64,000 nucleotides of DNA from NCBI RefSeq assembly GCF_009914755.1, contig NC_060947.1; one strand, 5' to 3'. A model generated the notes under the pieces. The model did not search any database. It was not told the DNA's origin and saw only the letters and a program-made list of their open reading frames with translations. Made by a program: the position numbers and the translations under genes. How positions within the stretch are numbered: position 1 is the stretch's first letter; every line of letters starts with the position of its first letter. Positions 21,965-38,374 of this stretch are shown here, in pieces. Origin of the DNA: the human T2T-CHM13v2.0 reference genome, Homo sapiens.

Positions 21965-22777
21965 GGCAATAACAAATGCTGGCGAGGGTGTGGAGAAAAG
22001 GGAACCTTCACACACTGTTGGTGGGAATATAAATTACTACAACAACTATGAAGAACAGTATGGAGTTTCCTCAAAAAACTAAAAATGGAGCTATCATATG
22101 ATTCAGCAATTCCATTGTTGGGTATATACCCAAGAGAAAGGAAGTCAGTGTACCGAAGAGATATCTGCACTCCCATGTTTGTTGCAGCACCATTCACAGT
22201 AGCCAAGATTTGGAAGCAACCTAAGTGTCCACTAACAGACAAATGGATAAAGAAAATATGGTACATATACACCATAGAGTACTGTTCAGCCATAAAAAAA
22301 GAATGAGATTCAGTTATTTGCAACAACATGGATGGAATCAAAGGTCCTTATGTTAAGTGAAATAAGCCAGGCACAGAAAGACAAACTGCCCATGTTCTCG
22401 CTTATTTGTTGGAGCAAAAATGTAAGACAACTGAACTAATGGAGATAGAGAGTAGAATGACAGTTACCAGAGGCTGGGAAGGTTAGTGAGGGTGGAGGGT
22501 GTGGGAAAGGGGATGATTAATAGGTAGAAAAATAGAACAAATAAGATGTAGTATTTCATAGCCCAATAGGGTGACTATTGTCAGTAATAATTTAATTGTA
22601 CATTTAAAAATAATGAAGAGTATAATTGGATTGCCCGTAACACAAAGGACAAAAGCTTGAAGAGATAGATACCTCATTTACCGTGATATGATTATTACAC
22701 ATTGTTGTCTGTATCACAATATCTCATATACCCCAGAAATATATGCATCTGCTATGTCCCTACACAAATTTTTTAAA
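21965..22777 (+). mobile_element. L1MA-type 3' fragment inside the last intron of the CT45-like pseudogene
   Basis: ORF2 C-terminus ([14 protein letters not shown]...) plus L1MA 3' UTR. Diverged TSD gaggtactctagc / gaggttgtctagc. Confidence 0.85.
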
Positions 22778-23043
22778 AGGAGGTTGTCTAGCAAATACAA
22801 AGAGTGTCAATCGAGGGACAATGCACACCTCAGACTATGATGATATTGGAAGTCTCCATAGTCTTCGAAGAATGAGTTAGATTCAGATAACATTAGCCTA
22901 AGTAACTGTGGAGACAGCTGTAACTATGAGTGAGGACCAGGGTTTGAGAAACTCAAGGCAGGGGCTGTTCCCCCACGCTCACCCCCAGTACTCTATTGGG
23001 CCCAAGTGCTTAAAGAAATTGGACAGTTCCTATTTCTACCCAC

Positions 23044-23137
23044 CTTGCTGCTTCCTTGATGATGGATTAAAAAAATAGTTTCTTGACTTCTACAGGTCCT
23101 TGCACTCCTTAAAGCAATTTGAAGATTTTTTAATATT
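23044..23137 (-). pseudogene. CT45-like third coding exon (three stops)
   Basis: KY*KIFKLL*GVQGPVEVKKLFF*SIIKEAAR; 94 nt; cag/gtggg borders. Confidence 0.9.
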
Positions 23138-23516
23138 CTGAAGGTGTTTAAAAAAACCTTCAGTATTATCAAATATAAAGAAGAATACAAGAGAATCTAT
23201 ACCTCAGCAATCATGCTTCATAGGCTAAAAGGTTTCAATTGCTTAAATCAAGATACCTGCACATACAAAAACTAAATAATAAAAAAGACACCTGCACATA
23301 CATACCAATGAAACTCTTTTAACCCTAACCAAGTAAGAAAAGAAAAGCAAAAGGCGTACTATGCTGTAGTCAAAGAAAAGAGGAACCACCATAAATTATG
23401 TGCAAACTCAACTCTGGCAAAGAATCAGCCTCAAGAGGTAACATGAATATCTTCTGAATCATAGAAAGAGAGACTTCCTATAGTTTTATAAAAACAGACA
23501 TTCTTATACTACTTAC

Positions 23517-23755
23517 TTTGTCCAATGCATCGGATTTCCTTCACTAATTGACATTTTATATCAGCATTAATTTCTTCTTGGCTTTTAGGAAAAAGGACTA
23601 TTTCTCTGCATTCTAGGTCATCTCCAGAGAAATTGCTGGTAATGATTCCTCCCACAGGTGCATTGCTACCAGATTTCTGCCTCATCCTATCTTTCTGAAG
23701 TCATCAATCTGAGAATCCAATTGGCTGGGTGGAATACCATCTCCTGTCATAAGCT
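23517..23755 (-). pseudogene. CT45-like second coding exon (frameshifted)
   Basis: LMTGDGIPPSQLDSQIDDF, then a frameshift, then QKSGSNAPVGG...SGDDLECRE...PKSQEEINADIKCQLVKEIRCIGQ; 239 nt; cag/gtaagt borders. Confidence 0.9.
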
Positions 23756-24409
23756 CTGGTGAAACAGATTTTGAGTAAAAGCCATCAGTTGGTGTTTGAC
23801 CACTTTCTTTCCCCTCCACATAGACCTCATGAATGACAGATCTGGAAATCAAACTGAGAAGTTGAGCTGTGAGATATGTGTGTTTCATCACCCCTCTGGG
23901 TACATCTATGTGCTCCTCAGTTTCTAGGGAATTATTTATTTCATAAATGGGAGGATACACCAGGGAGAAATCCCAGGCCTGACAAACGGAGGCCAGGACA
24001 CATAATACAATAAAATCACCTCTTATTTTCTGGCCCTATGAATAGATATGGAAACCAAGTAAGACAGTACAACTCTAAAGCAACATTCACAGATCCCTGG
24101 TACTCATGGGACAGTTTCAGCTTGTTATGCTTTACAAGTTGAAAGCAGCAAGTCTCACTTGATATCATGATTTCTCAAATTCACTTACAAACTGCCATGC
24201 TTTACTGAGCTGAAACCCAGGCAACTGGGATACAACTCAACCGGTCTCCTGTTATATCAAACACATTCTGAGAAAATAGAGGCGGCCATTACTGCTGAAA
24301 GTTCTATACGCACTCCACCACCAAAAAGTCCCTTTTACTGTATGATTTTCCTCATCCTTCCTTTCTGTCTCACAAAAGTGACTTTCTTTTCACTCCAGGT
24401 CTGACACCT

Positions 24410-25680
24410 CTCATTTATTCATCGTCTGTGGCAGGCAGCGTGCCGGTAGCTGGGGATCAGCAGTAAACAGCCCAGAGAGCAACGTTCCCTGCCCTTCTGG
24501 AGCTCACATCCTCATGGGGCGGTCAGACAGTACGTGCACAATGAGCAAATGAAACATACAGTGTTGGGCTAGTGGTAAGGAAGCAGTCCACAGGCCTGTG
24601 GGCAACAGCAGCAGAGGGAGCCCCAGGAGCTGCTGCTGGTTGGGCAGAGCCTTCTGTGGAGGTACCCTTGGGCAGGGCTTGAAGGAGAAAGCAGAGCTGC
24701 CTGCGCAGAGGCAGAGGGGGAGTTCCAGGTTGCGGTGAGGCCAAGGATATGGGCTGGAGTGGGGATGGACCGGGCACTACGGGGTGAAGGACAGTAGCAG
24801 AGAGAGTCAGGAGATGATGGGGCCCGTGTGAGGAGAGGGTGACGGAGGCCAGGCCACGCAGAACCTCGCAGACCAAAGCTGCTTCGCAGTCGGTTCTGAG
24901 TGCTTAGGAGTGTTGAGGATGGGTGTTCAGGAGCGACATGGCATCACGTGATTTACATGCCAACATCATGACCCGGCTGCAGGGTTGGAGGGTATGTGTT
25001 TGATGCGGGAAATAATGGGAAACATGGAGGTATCTCAGGAGCTCAGTGATTGATCGTGGCAGAGTGGAATAGGAGAGAGAGAGATGCTGGGGTTCAGGAA
25101 TTTTTTACAGTATTTAGAGAAGAGAAGAAAAAGAAATGTAGAAAAAAACAATGATGGGGTCGGGGGCGGTGGCTCGTGCATGTAAAGCCAGCACTTTGGG
25201 AGGCTGAAATGGGTGGATCACCTGAGGTGAGGAGTTCGAGACCAGCCTGGCCGACATGGCGAAACCCCATCTCTATTAAACTTACAAAAATTAGCTGGGT
25301 GTGGTGGCTGGTGGTTGTAATCCCGCTTCTCAGGGGGCTGCGGCAGAAGAATCACTTGAACCCAGGAGACAGAGATTTCAGTGAGCCGAGATCGCGCCAC
25401 TGCACTCCAGCCTGGCCGAGAAGAGCGAAACTGCGTCTCAAGAAAAAAATGATAGGGATTCACCAATACAGACAAGAAATTTAAAAAAAAATTGTGGAAA
25501 ATGGAAATCCAAGAAGATTTTCATGAAGAAGCGAGTGAACAACTGTCAAATGCTGCTGAGAAATTAATGGCAATATCAGCTGAAACTGTTGACCTTGTCA
25601 AGGACAGTTTCTCTGGAGGGGATGAGGCAGGAGGCCGACTGCACTGGATACAGCATGAAGAAGAGGTGAGGACAGGCTTA
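24410..25680 (-). mobile_element. L2 remnant (with Alu insertion)
   Basis: tcatttattcatc terminus and L2-like body (cctgcccttctggagctcaca, tcaaatgctgctgag). Confidence 0.6.
25157..25449 (+). mobile_element. AluS element
   Basis: Full dimer with A tail; aatgat flanking repeat. Confidence 0.9.
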
Positions 25681-25685
25681 CTTAC

Positions 25686-25860
25686 TGTTTTCTTTGGACA
25701 TGGCACAGCCTGCAATAAGGCTGTCTCCTGCTCCTTGTTTCCTTGCCAACAGGGCCATCTTCTACCTTTTCTGATACGAAGGACTGTCACATTCCCTGGG
25801 ACGTTTAAACACAGTTTCAGGATCTACAGCCACCTTCTCTGTTTTATCGGTTATTGTTTC
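25686..25860 (-). pseudogene. CT45-like first coding exon (start codon lost, premature stop)
   Basis: tttttcag|GAAACA ATA ACC GAT AAA...; ATA at 25852-25854, TAG at 25762-25764, donor gtaagt; 169-nt coding part. Confidence 0.9.
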
Positions 25861-26231
25861 CTGAAAAACATCAATGAACATATTCCATTCATGACAAAAA
25901 TCTAACAATCACAAAATGGCAAACAGTCTGCATATGTGTATACAACCAAGACTTTGAATCATTAATTTCACTTTTAATCATGAGCCAAGATTTACCAAGT
26001 CTCAACAAACACTCTGTTCTCAGGAAAAGAAACCTAATTTTAATGTACACAAAGTAAAACAGAAGAAAGATGGTATAACCAAATCAATCAGAATGCTTGT
26101 GGAATAAGCAGCTGTCATCAACCAAAAATAGATAAAAATATTATTACCTATTTGAAGATGTATAAGCCAATCTGTATTAACCCTTATTAGGAAAAATACA
26201 TGCATAAACCAATCTGTATTAACCCTTATTA

Positions 26232-26425
26232 TACATTATATTTTAAATTATATATATAATACATTATATTATACATAATAATATTTAATATAGAAGTATG
26301 TATACTTATATATTATATAAATATAGAAGTATGTATACTTATATATTATATAAATATAGAAGTATGTATACTTATACTTATGTATTAGTATTTAAGTATA
26401 TTATATATTTATTATATATTCAAAT
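26232..26425. repeat. AT-rich low-complexity tract with ~33-bp repeats
   Basis: atatagaagtatgtatacttata occurs three times. Confidence 0.8.
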
Positions 26426-26479
26426 AGATGTATAAACCAATCTGTATTAACCCTTATTAGGAAAAACGAGGACAAAGAA

Positions 26480-28560
<2,081 letters not shown>

Positions 28561-28844
28561 ACATCAAATATACCTGGACTCTGACTTTACTCCATTCCAT
28601 GAGAATTTATTTCAGATGATTGCAAGATGAAAACGTTCTGGAGATCTGTTTCACAACAATGTTAATATACTTAACACTACTGAACTGCACACTTAAAAAT
28701 GGTTAAGATGGTAGATTGTATGCCATGTATTTTTTCCCACAATTTAAAAATTTAATGAAAAATGAACTCTCATGGAATGATACCCTCCAGCAAATACAGA
28801 GATAATTGAGGGTACAAGCGCACATAAGACCGAAAAGTGCACAC

Positions 28845-29041
28845 TACTACCAGCTTTTTGAATCAGCCCATATTTGCTGAGACTAGTTAATTCATTAAAC
28901 AGATAATACAGTTAGTTGGGTAGAATACCATATCCTGCCATGTTCATAACCTCTGGTGGAGCAGATTTTGACAAGGAATCATCAGGTGGAGTTTGACCAC
29001 TTCCATCTTCTCCTCATGGACATCGCAAATGACAGTAGCAT
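28845..29041 (-). pseudogene. Degenerate INTS6L/SAGE-type exon copy
   Basis: ttggtttccag|AT GCT ACT GTC ATT TGC GAT GTC CAT GAG GAG AAG ATG: DATVICDVHEEKME/GQTPPDDSLSKSAPPEVMNMAGYGILPN*...TSLSKYGLIQKAGS. Paralogous to 23700-23843. Confidence 0.75.
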
Positions 29042-29359
29042 CTGGAAACCAAATTAAGTGGTTTCACATAAAAGTCTCACATGATGTCGTGATTTCTGAA
29101 ACTTGCAAATTAAATGGTTGAGCTGCAAGGCAGGTGCATTTCTTCACCCCCACAGGGATGTCACTGTACTCTGTAGTTTCTAGGAAATTATTATTTCATA
29201 AAGTAAAATGATAAACCAGACAGAAATCTCAGACCTGAAAAATTGAGCTCATAAAAGATAATACAACAAAACTACCTCTTAACTTCCTGGCACGATCAAT
29301 ACATACAGAAATCGAGTAAAACTATACAACTAATGAACATTCATAAATTCCTGGTACTC

Positions 29360-29731
<372 letters not shown>

Positions 29732-31179
29732 TGATGAGCTGAAAGTCTCACATGATGTCATGATTTCTGAAACTTGCATATAATTTTGTGTCCTTTTCTA
29801 AACTGGAAGCCAGACAACTTGGATACACTTTGACCTGCCTCCTCTCTACATCAAATATATTCTGAGAAAATAGAGGCGGCCACTAGTGCTGAAAGTTCTA
29901 TAGACACTCCATCACCAAAAACCCCTTTTAGTGTATGACCTTCCTCATCCTTCGTTTCCAGAAAAGTGACTTTCTTTTCACTCCAGGTCTGACACTTCTT
30001 TCATTTATTCATCATTTGTGGCAGGCAGCGTGCTAGGAGCTGGGAATCAGCAGCAAACAGCCCAGAGAGCAATGTTCCCTGCCCTTGTGGAGCTCACATC
30101 CTCATGGGGCAGTCAGACAGTACATGTACAATGAGCAAATGAAACAAGCAGCATTGGGCTGGTGGTGCGGAAGCAGTCCACAGGCCTGTGGGAGAGAGCA
30201 GCAGAGGGAGCCCCAGAGGCTGTGGCTGGTTGGACAGGGCCTTCTGAGGAGGTGCCCTTGGGCAGGGTTGAAGGAAGAAGCAGAGCTGCCTGTCCAGAGG
30301 CAGAGGGAGAGTTCCAGGTTGTGGTGAGGCCAAGGGTAGGGACTGGAGTGGGGATGGACCGAGCACTACGAGGTGAAGGACAGAGGCAGAGTCAGGAGGA
30401 GATGGATGGGACCCACTTTAGGAGAGGGTGATGGAGGGCAGGCCGTGCAGACCAGAGCCAGGAGTTCAGGATCTGTTCTGAGTACTTAGGAGAGTTGAGG
30501 ACAGGTTTTCAGGAGGCACAGGGCATGATGTGATTTATGTGCCAAAATGCTGACCTGGCTGCAGGGTTAGAGAGTATGTGTTGATGGGGGCAAGAATGGG
30601 AAACATGGAGATAGCACAGTCACCCAGTGATTGATCATGGCAGAGTCGACTAGAGGGGTGGAGAGAAATGGTGATGTTTGGGGATTATATTAGACATAAA
30701 GTTGCCTAGAGTTGCTAAGAGATTGAATGTGAGAGAAGAATAAGAGAAATGACAGTGATTGTAAGGTTTTTTTTGCCTGAACCACTGGGTAAATAGTAGG
30801 GCCAGGAGTGTTTAGGAGCCAGCACACAACTTGCAAAAGCAGATTGTGCCCAACTCTTCCTGACTCAGTGTTCAATGACCGCATGTTGATAGCTCGACAT
30901 TAGCCAAGTCAGAATTAATTTACACAACATAGTAATCTGCAAACACTACAAACAAGGGCTTCTCTACCCTACCACCCTACACACACCTGTGGACAGCAAA
31001 TTGTTACAGTTTTACCAGTACATCACTGTATGGTGTCATTAACTGAGTTGGCAAGTGCTGTATGTAGAGAAGGTGTTTTGGGAGAGACAGTTCAGGAGTT
31101 CAGTTTAAACACATGGAATGGGTTGAATTTTAAATGTTTCTTGGACAAGTAAGTGGAGATGCCATCTCTGCATTTGAAT

Positions 31180-31630
31180 TTGAGTCTGAAAGAATGAATT
31201 TGGACCCTGATCTCTCAATATATACAAAAATCAACTCAACGTGGATTAAAGACTTAAACATAAGACCTGAAATTGTAAAACTCTTACAAGAAAACATAGA
31301 GGAAAAGCTTCTTAGCATTGTTCTGGGCAATACTTTTTTGGATAAGACCCCAAAAGCACAGACAACAAAAGCAAATAAGTTCTGGAAACCTATTGTATAG
31401 CATGGTGACTATAGTTAATAACAATGGATTGTATACTTGAAAGTTGTAAGAGAGTATACTTTAAATGTTCTCTCCACAAAACAATACGTATATGACGTGA
31501 TGGGTACATTAATTTGCTTGATTTAATCATTTAATGATATATACATATATCAAAACCTCATGTTGTACACAGTAAAAATATACAAGTTTTATTTGTCAAT
31601 TATACCTTAATAAAGCTGGAGAAAAATAAA
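31180..31630 (+). mobile_element. L1M fragment (ORF2 piece joined to L1MA-type 3' end)
   Basis: LDPDLSIYTKINSTWIKDLNIRPE followed directly by aataagttctgg...tgtcaattataccttaataaagctgga. Confidence 0.75.
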
Positions 31631-32290
31631 TCAATGTAGAAAATACATGCAATGAAACACAATAGTTTCATAAAGGACAAAAGTAAAAGCATTAAGTGAA
31701 TCTACCAAAAATCTACAGTGTGCATTATTGCTAGTGATTAAAAGTTAAAAATATTCTTTGTAAAATCAATAACAAGACAAAGATGCCCATTAGTGCCACT
31801 TCTATTCAACACTGCATTATGATAATTCCTAGCTTGCATCCTGAGATAAATTATTTGTCTAAACTAAAAGCTCAAAGTAGTCTGTAGACAAAGAACTTAA
31901 CAAGGTGGCTAGATATAAAATCAGAATATAAAAATTAACTGTGCTTCTATATAAGAGTACCAAGAAACTTAGGAAATATAACTTTTTAAGATAACATTAG
32001 CAAAACTATATAAGGAATAAGCATATAAAGATATATATGTAGAAATATATATCATATACATGGAATATATATGGACTATATATATGAAGTATGTGAATGC
32101 ATATATATAAAATGAATATAAGGAGGTATACCAACCAATAGGCAGATAATTATAAAAATTTACTGGAAGACATCAGAGAAAACTTAAAAGGGGGGCTACA
32201 CTGTGGATAGGAGAACTCAATGTCCATCCCCCTCTCCAGATTAATGTATAAATTCACTAAAATGACAAAGATCCCAACACGTTCTTTTCA

Positions 32291-32953
<663 letters not shown>

Positions 32954-33987
32954 TCAAGATAAACGTGAAGAAGAACAAATTAGGGGGAAATGCCTTACTG
33001 TTTTCAAGACATTATTAACCTTTAATAATAATGACAGTGTGATATGAATGCAGAGGTACATGAATTGAACAATGAAAATAGAATAGCAGAGCCCAGAAAG
33101 AGTCCTATGAATATGTGGAAATTTGACACATTTCAGAGGTATCATTGAACATGATTGGAGGAAAGAATAGATCATGTAGTAGTGGACAGCACTGGGACAA
33201 CTGGCAATCTATGTGAAAAATAATGCCGTTGGATTTCTTTCTTATGCCATATTTTTTAAAAAGCAATTTCAAATGGATTAAGTACTTAAGTGTGAAAGAA
33301 AAAATTAATAAGACTTTAGAAGAAATTATAGAAGAATTTCTTTAAGATTTCAAAATAGAAAAATATTTCTTCAAGAGGATACAAAAAGTGCTAAACAGAA
33401 AAGTTTACTGCGATGGCATTGATAATACTCTCATCTTACATTTGATGGTATGCCCCTTTTATTAAGTTTCATCATATATATGCTCTGTATAGTTAACGCA
33501 TTTGACTACAAAAAGAAAGGCATATAAATTATGGCAGAGCAAAAGGTCAGTACCCTTTAACAATCACGAAAAAAATAAGCCTGACTTGTAGCAGAATTCT
33601 CCTCCTTTTAATGAATCTGTGGTTTAAAGAAATTATCATAAAAGCAGAACTAACATTAAGGGAAATTTAAAAACCAAAATCCTAGCAAGCTATTATTTTT
33701 AATGAATACTTACTTCATCTCATGAATGCAAAGATGGGTCAACATTTGAAAATCTATTCTTGTAATTTGCCATTTTAATATGTAAAAGAAAAAATATATA
33801 TGGTTATTTCAATATATTCCAAAAATGCACTTGAAAAAATTCAAGATCCATTCCTGAATTTTAAAAATAATGATAACAAGGAGTAGGATACAAGGTTAAT
33901 ATACAAATTGGATTACTTTCCTAAATCCCAATAATTGGAATTTGAAATTTAAAGGCAATGTCATTCACAAGAGCACCAAAATAATGA

Positions 33988-34276
<289 letters not shown>

Positions 34277-35399
34277 AAAATAATGAAATACGTATAATCC
34301 AAACAAAATATGTATAGGATCTACATGTGGAAAACTACAAGGTCTATATAAATGGAAAGCTATTCCACCTTCACAAATTGGAAGATGCAATATTATTGTC
34401 AGTCCTTCCCAGCGTGATCTATAGATTCAAAGCAATCAACATGAAAATCCCAGCAAACTATCTTGGAGATATTGACAAACAGATTATAAAGCTTCTAAGG
34501 AAACAGGAAAGACCCTGAATAGCCAACCCAATACTGAAAAATAACAACAAACTTGGAGTACTCATACTACCGAATTTCAAGACATAGTATAAAGGTAAAT
34601 GATCAAGACACTGTGGGACTGGCAATAGACACATCAACCAATGGAACAAAGTAGACAGCCCAGAAATAGATCCACACATATGCAGTCAATTGGTTTTTGA
34701 CAAAGGAACAAAAGCAAAGCAATGAAGAAAGCACAGTCTTCTCAACAAATGGTGCTAGGACAAGCGGATGTCCATATGAAAAAAAAAAAGGAACCTAGAC
34801 ACAGATCTTATTTATACCTTTTGCAAAAATTAACTTCAAATGGATTATAGATCTAAATGTAAAATGAAAACCTACAAAACCTTTGAATGGAAACATAGGA
34901 GAATATCTAGATGAGCTTAGGTTTGAAAGTGAACTTTTAAATTCAACACCAAAAGCATGATCCATGAAAGAGAAACCTGATAAGTTGATCTTTACTACAA
35001 TCAAAATTTATCTGTGATAGACACTGTTATGAGAATGAAAAGAGAAGCCACTGACTGGGAGAAAATATTTGCAAAACCCACACGTGTAAAGGACTTGTAT
35101 TCAAAATATACAAAGAAGTCTTACAACTCAACAATTAAGCAAACAAACCAGTTTTAAAATGGGCAAAAGACCTGAACAGATACCTCATCACAGGAGAAAT
35201 GCAGATGGCAGATAAGCACATACAATGCTTAACATCATTTGTTGTTAAAGAACTGCAAATTAAAACAAAGAAATAGCACTACACACCTATTAATAACTAA
35301 AATTCAAAAACTGACAATACCAATTGCTGGCAAAGACATGGAGCAACAGGAACTCTTATCCATTGCTGATAGGAATGCAAAATGGTCCATTGCTGATAG

Positions 35400-35755
<356 letters not shown>

Positions 35756-37716
35756 GCAATTTCTTATAAAGCTGAACATAATCTCATCATATGACCCAGC
35801 AATTCTGCTCCTCGGTATTTACACCCAACCACTTTGAAAAATCATGTCCACACAAAAACCTGCATGTGAGTGTTTATGGAAGATTTATTCATAACCAGCA
35901 AAGACTGGCAGCAACCAAGATGTCCTTCAATAGGTGAATGGATAAACAAAGTGTGGGAACATCCATACAATAAAACTATTATTCAGAGATAAGAAGAAAT
36001 GAATTATCAAACTTCTGAGAGAAATGGAGGAATCCTGAATGCATATTGCTAAGTGAAAGAAGCCAGTCTAAAAAGACTACATACTGCATGATTCCAACCA
36101 CATGACATTCTTGAAAAGGCAAAACTATAGAGACACTGAAAAGATCGGTGGTTAACACAGGCTCAGCAGAAGGGGAGGGAGGGATAAATATGTGAAGCAC
36201 AGGGATTCTTATGGCTGTGAAACTATTCTATGTGATAATACAATTGTGGATACCTAACATTATGAATCCATCATAACACACTGAACTTCCAGAAACAAAA
36301 AGTGAACCTTAATGTACACACATTTTTAAAAACCATTTGGGAGGTCAGGAGAATACCAAAATCGAAGGTAGAATGTTACAAAACAATCTAAGTTTATCAC
36401 AAATTTATGAAACAATCTCACCAAAGGAGGTGAGGGAAAAGGTCCTGACCTAAGTAACTTTCAAAATGAGTAGCCTGTGAAACTAATGGCAACAAATGAA
36501 CAACCAACAAAGCTACATAATCACTGTGCTCTAGCTGATAAAGTTGTTTCTTGTGGGGGAAAGGGTTAACAATTCTGAAGCCAGTTTATATGTATACTGG
36601 AATTAAACAGTTGAAGCAAGAAGAGAGCCGATGGTGGGAGTCGGGTTTCTCAGTTGCAGTGGAGGTTTACAGATAAGCAAAGGGAAGAGGTTAGAATGAT
36701 CTATGTGGTAATGGATTGAACATCAGTATGAACTCATGTTTCATTTAATGGAAATACAGATGTTACATATTTACACTTAGGCATAAATGCACAGGTTAGT
36801 ATGCACATATATATTTCCTTGATCTGTCTGCTGAAAAGGCCTAGAGGCAATGAAACGTCAAGCAGCAATGAGCGAACCTAGTGGCCAGATCTTGGTTTGT
36901 AATACCATTCTTCAATGAAAGGAACCATGCTCCTTGGAGAAATGGCTGATTCCAGGACTGAGGAAGGAAATATACAACACAAGCCCGGAACATCTTTGTA
37001 GTGCCAGGAAGGAAGTACTCAAATAAAAAAAAAAAAAATAGAAAACTCACAATGACAACGATGGGAATATGTCAAAGGGACACAGGAGTTTACTGAAAAA
37101 GCTACCAATGTCTGAAACTGGAACAATTTCAACAAGATATAGTATTAAAGGATAAAGCAAGGTATGAGTCCAAACTCATAAAAATAAATGAATAAATGGG
37201 GGAGAAGAAGCATATCTCCCATGCAGAAGAATTCCAAATAAGTTATGTAGATACTCTGTCCTCAAGGAGGTGGAGCATAACATGTCACTCCTTATGTGTG
37301 GGCTGTGCAGAGTGACTTCCTTCCAAAAAGTACAGTATGGAAAGGGGAAAAAACAGTACTTTACAGTGGGGAAACCTGACAAACACTACCTCAGCCAGGT
37401 GATCAAGATTAACATCAGCAGTATAAATGTGTCCTTGATATGATGTGATAAGAATAGCACTTTACCTTAGTGGTCTTCCTCCAAAAACACACACAACTCC
37501 AGTTTAATAACCGAAAAATCATCTAACAAATCCCAGTAGAGGAAGATTCTACAAAATACCTGACCAGCACTCCTGAAAACTGTCAAGATCATCAAAAACA
37601 AGGGAAGTCTAAGAAACTGTCACAGCCAAGAGGAGCCAAGACATGATGACTAAACGTAATGTGGTCCTCTTGATAGAATCCTAGAACACAAAAAGGATAC
37701 TAGGTAAAACCAAAGG

Positions 37717-38374
<658 letters not shown>

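Larger units (their letters stand above)
21460..25860 (-). pseudogene. CT45A11P: Unprocessed CT45-family (cancer/testis antigen 45, INTS6L C-terminal-derived) pseudogene
   Basis: Four GT-AG-bounded exons (25686-25860, 23517-23755, 23044-23137, 21725-21824 plus 3' UTR) translate to CT45-like TDKTEKVAVDPETVFKRPRECDSPSYQKR / LMTGDGIPPSQLDSQIDDF / GVQGP..SIIKEAAR / YMSRDFVQLLEKKL. Lesions: ATG>ATA, an in-frame TAG, a 10-nt deletion and three TAA codons. The family call is firm; the exact symbol is from recollection of the locus next to MMGT1. Confidence 0.85.

Noticed and set aside
23682-23960. 92-aa ORF as a functional CT45/INTS6L-like protein
   Set aside because: It begins at a non-ATG codon in intron sequence and ends just after the pseudogene frameshift.
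30800-31030. Possible hAT DNA transposon remnant (MER63-like termini)
   Set aside because: Similarity too weak to assign without an alignment.
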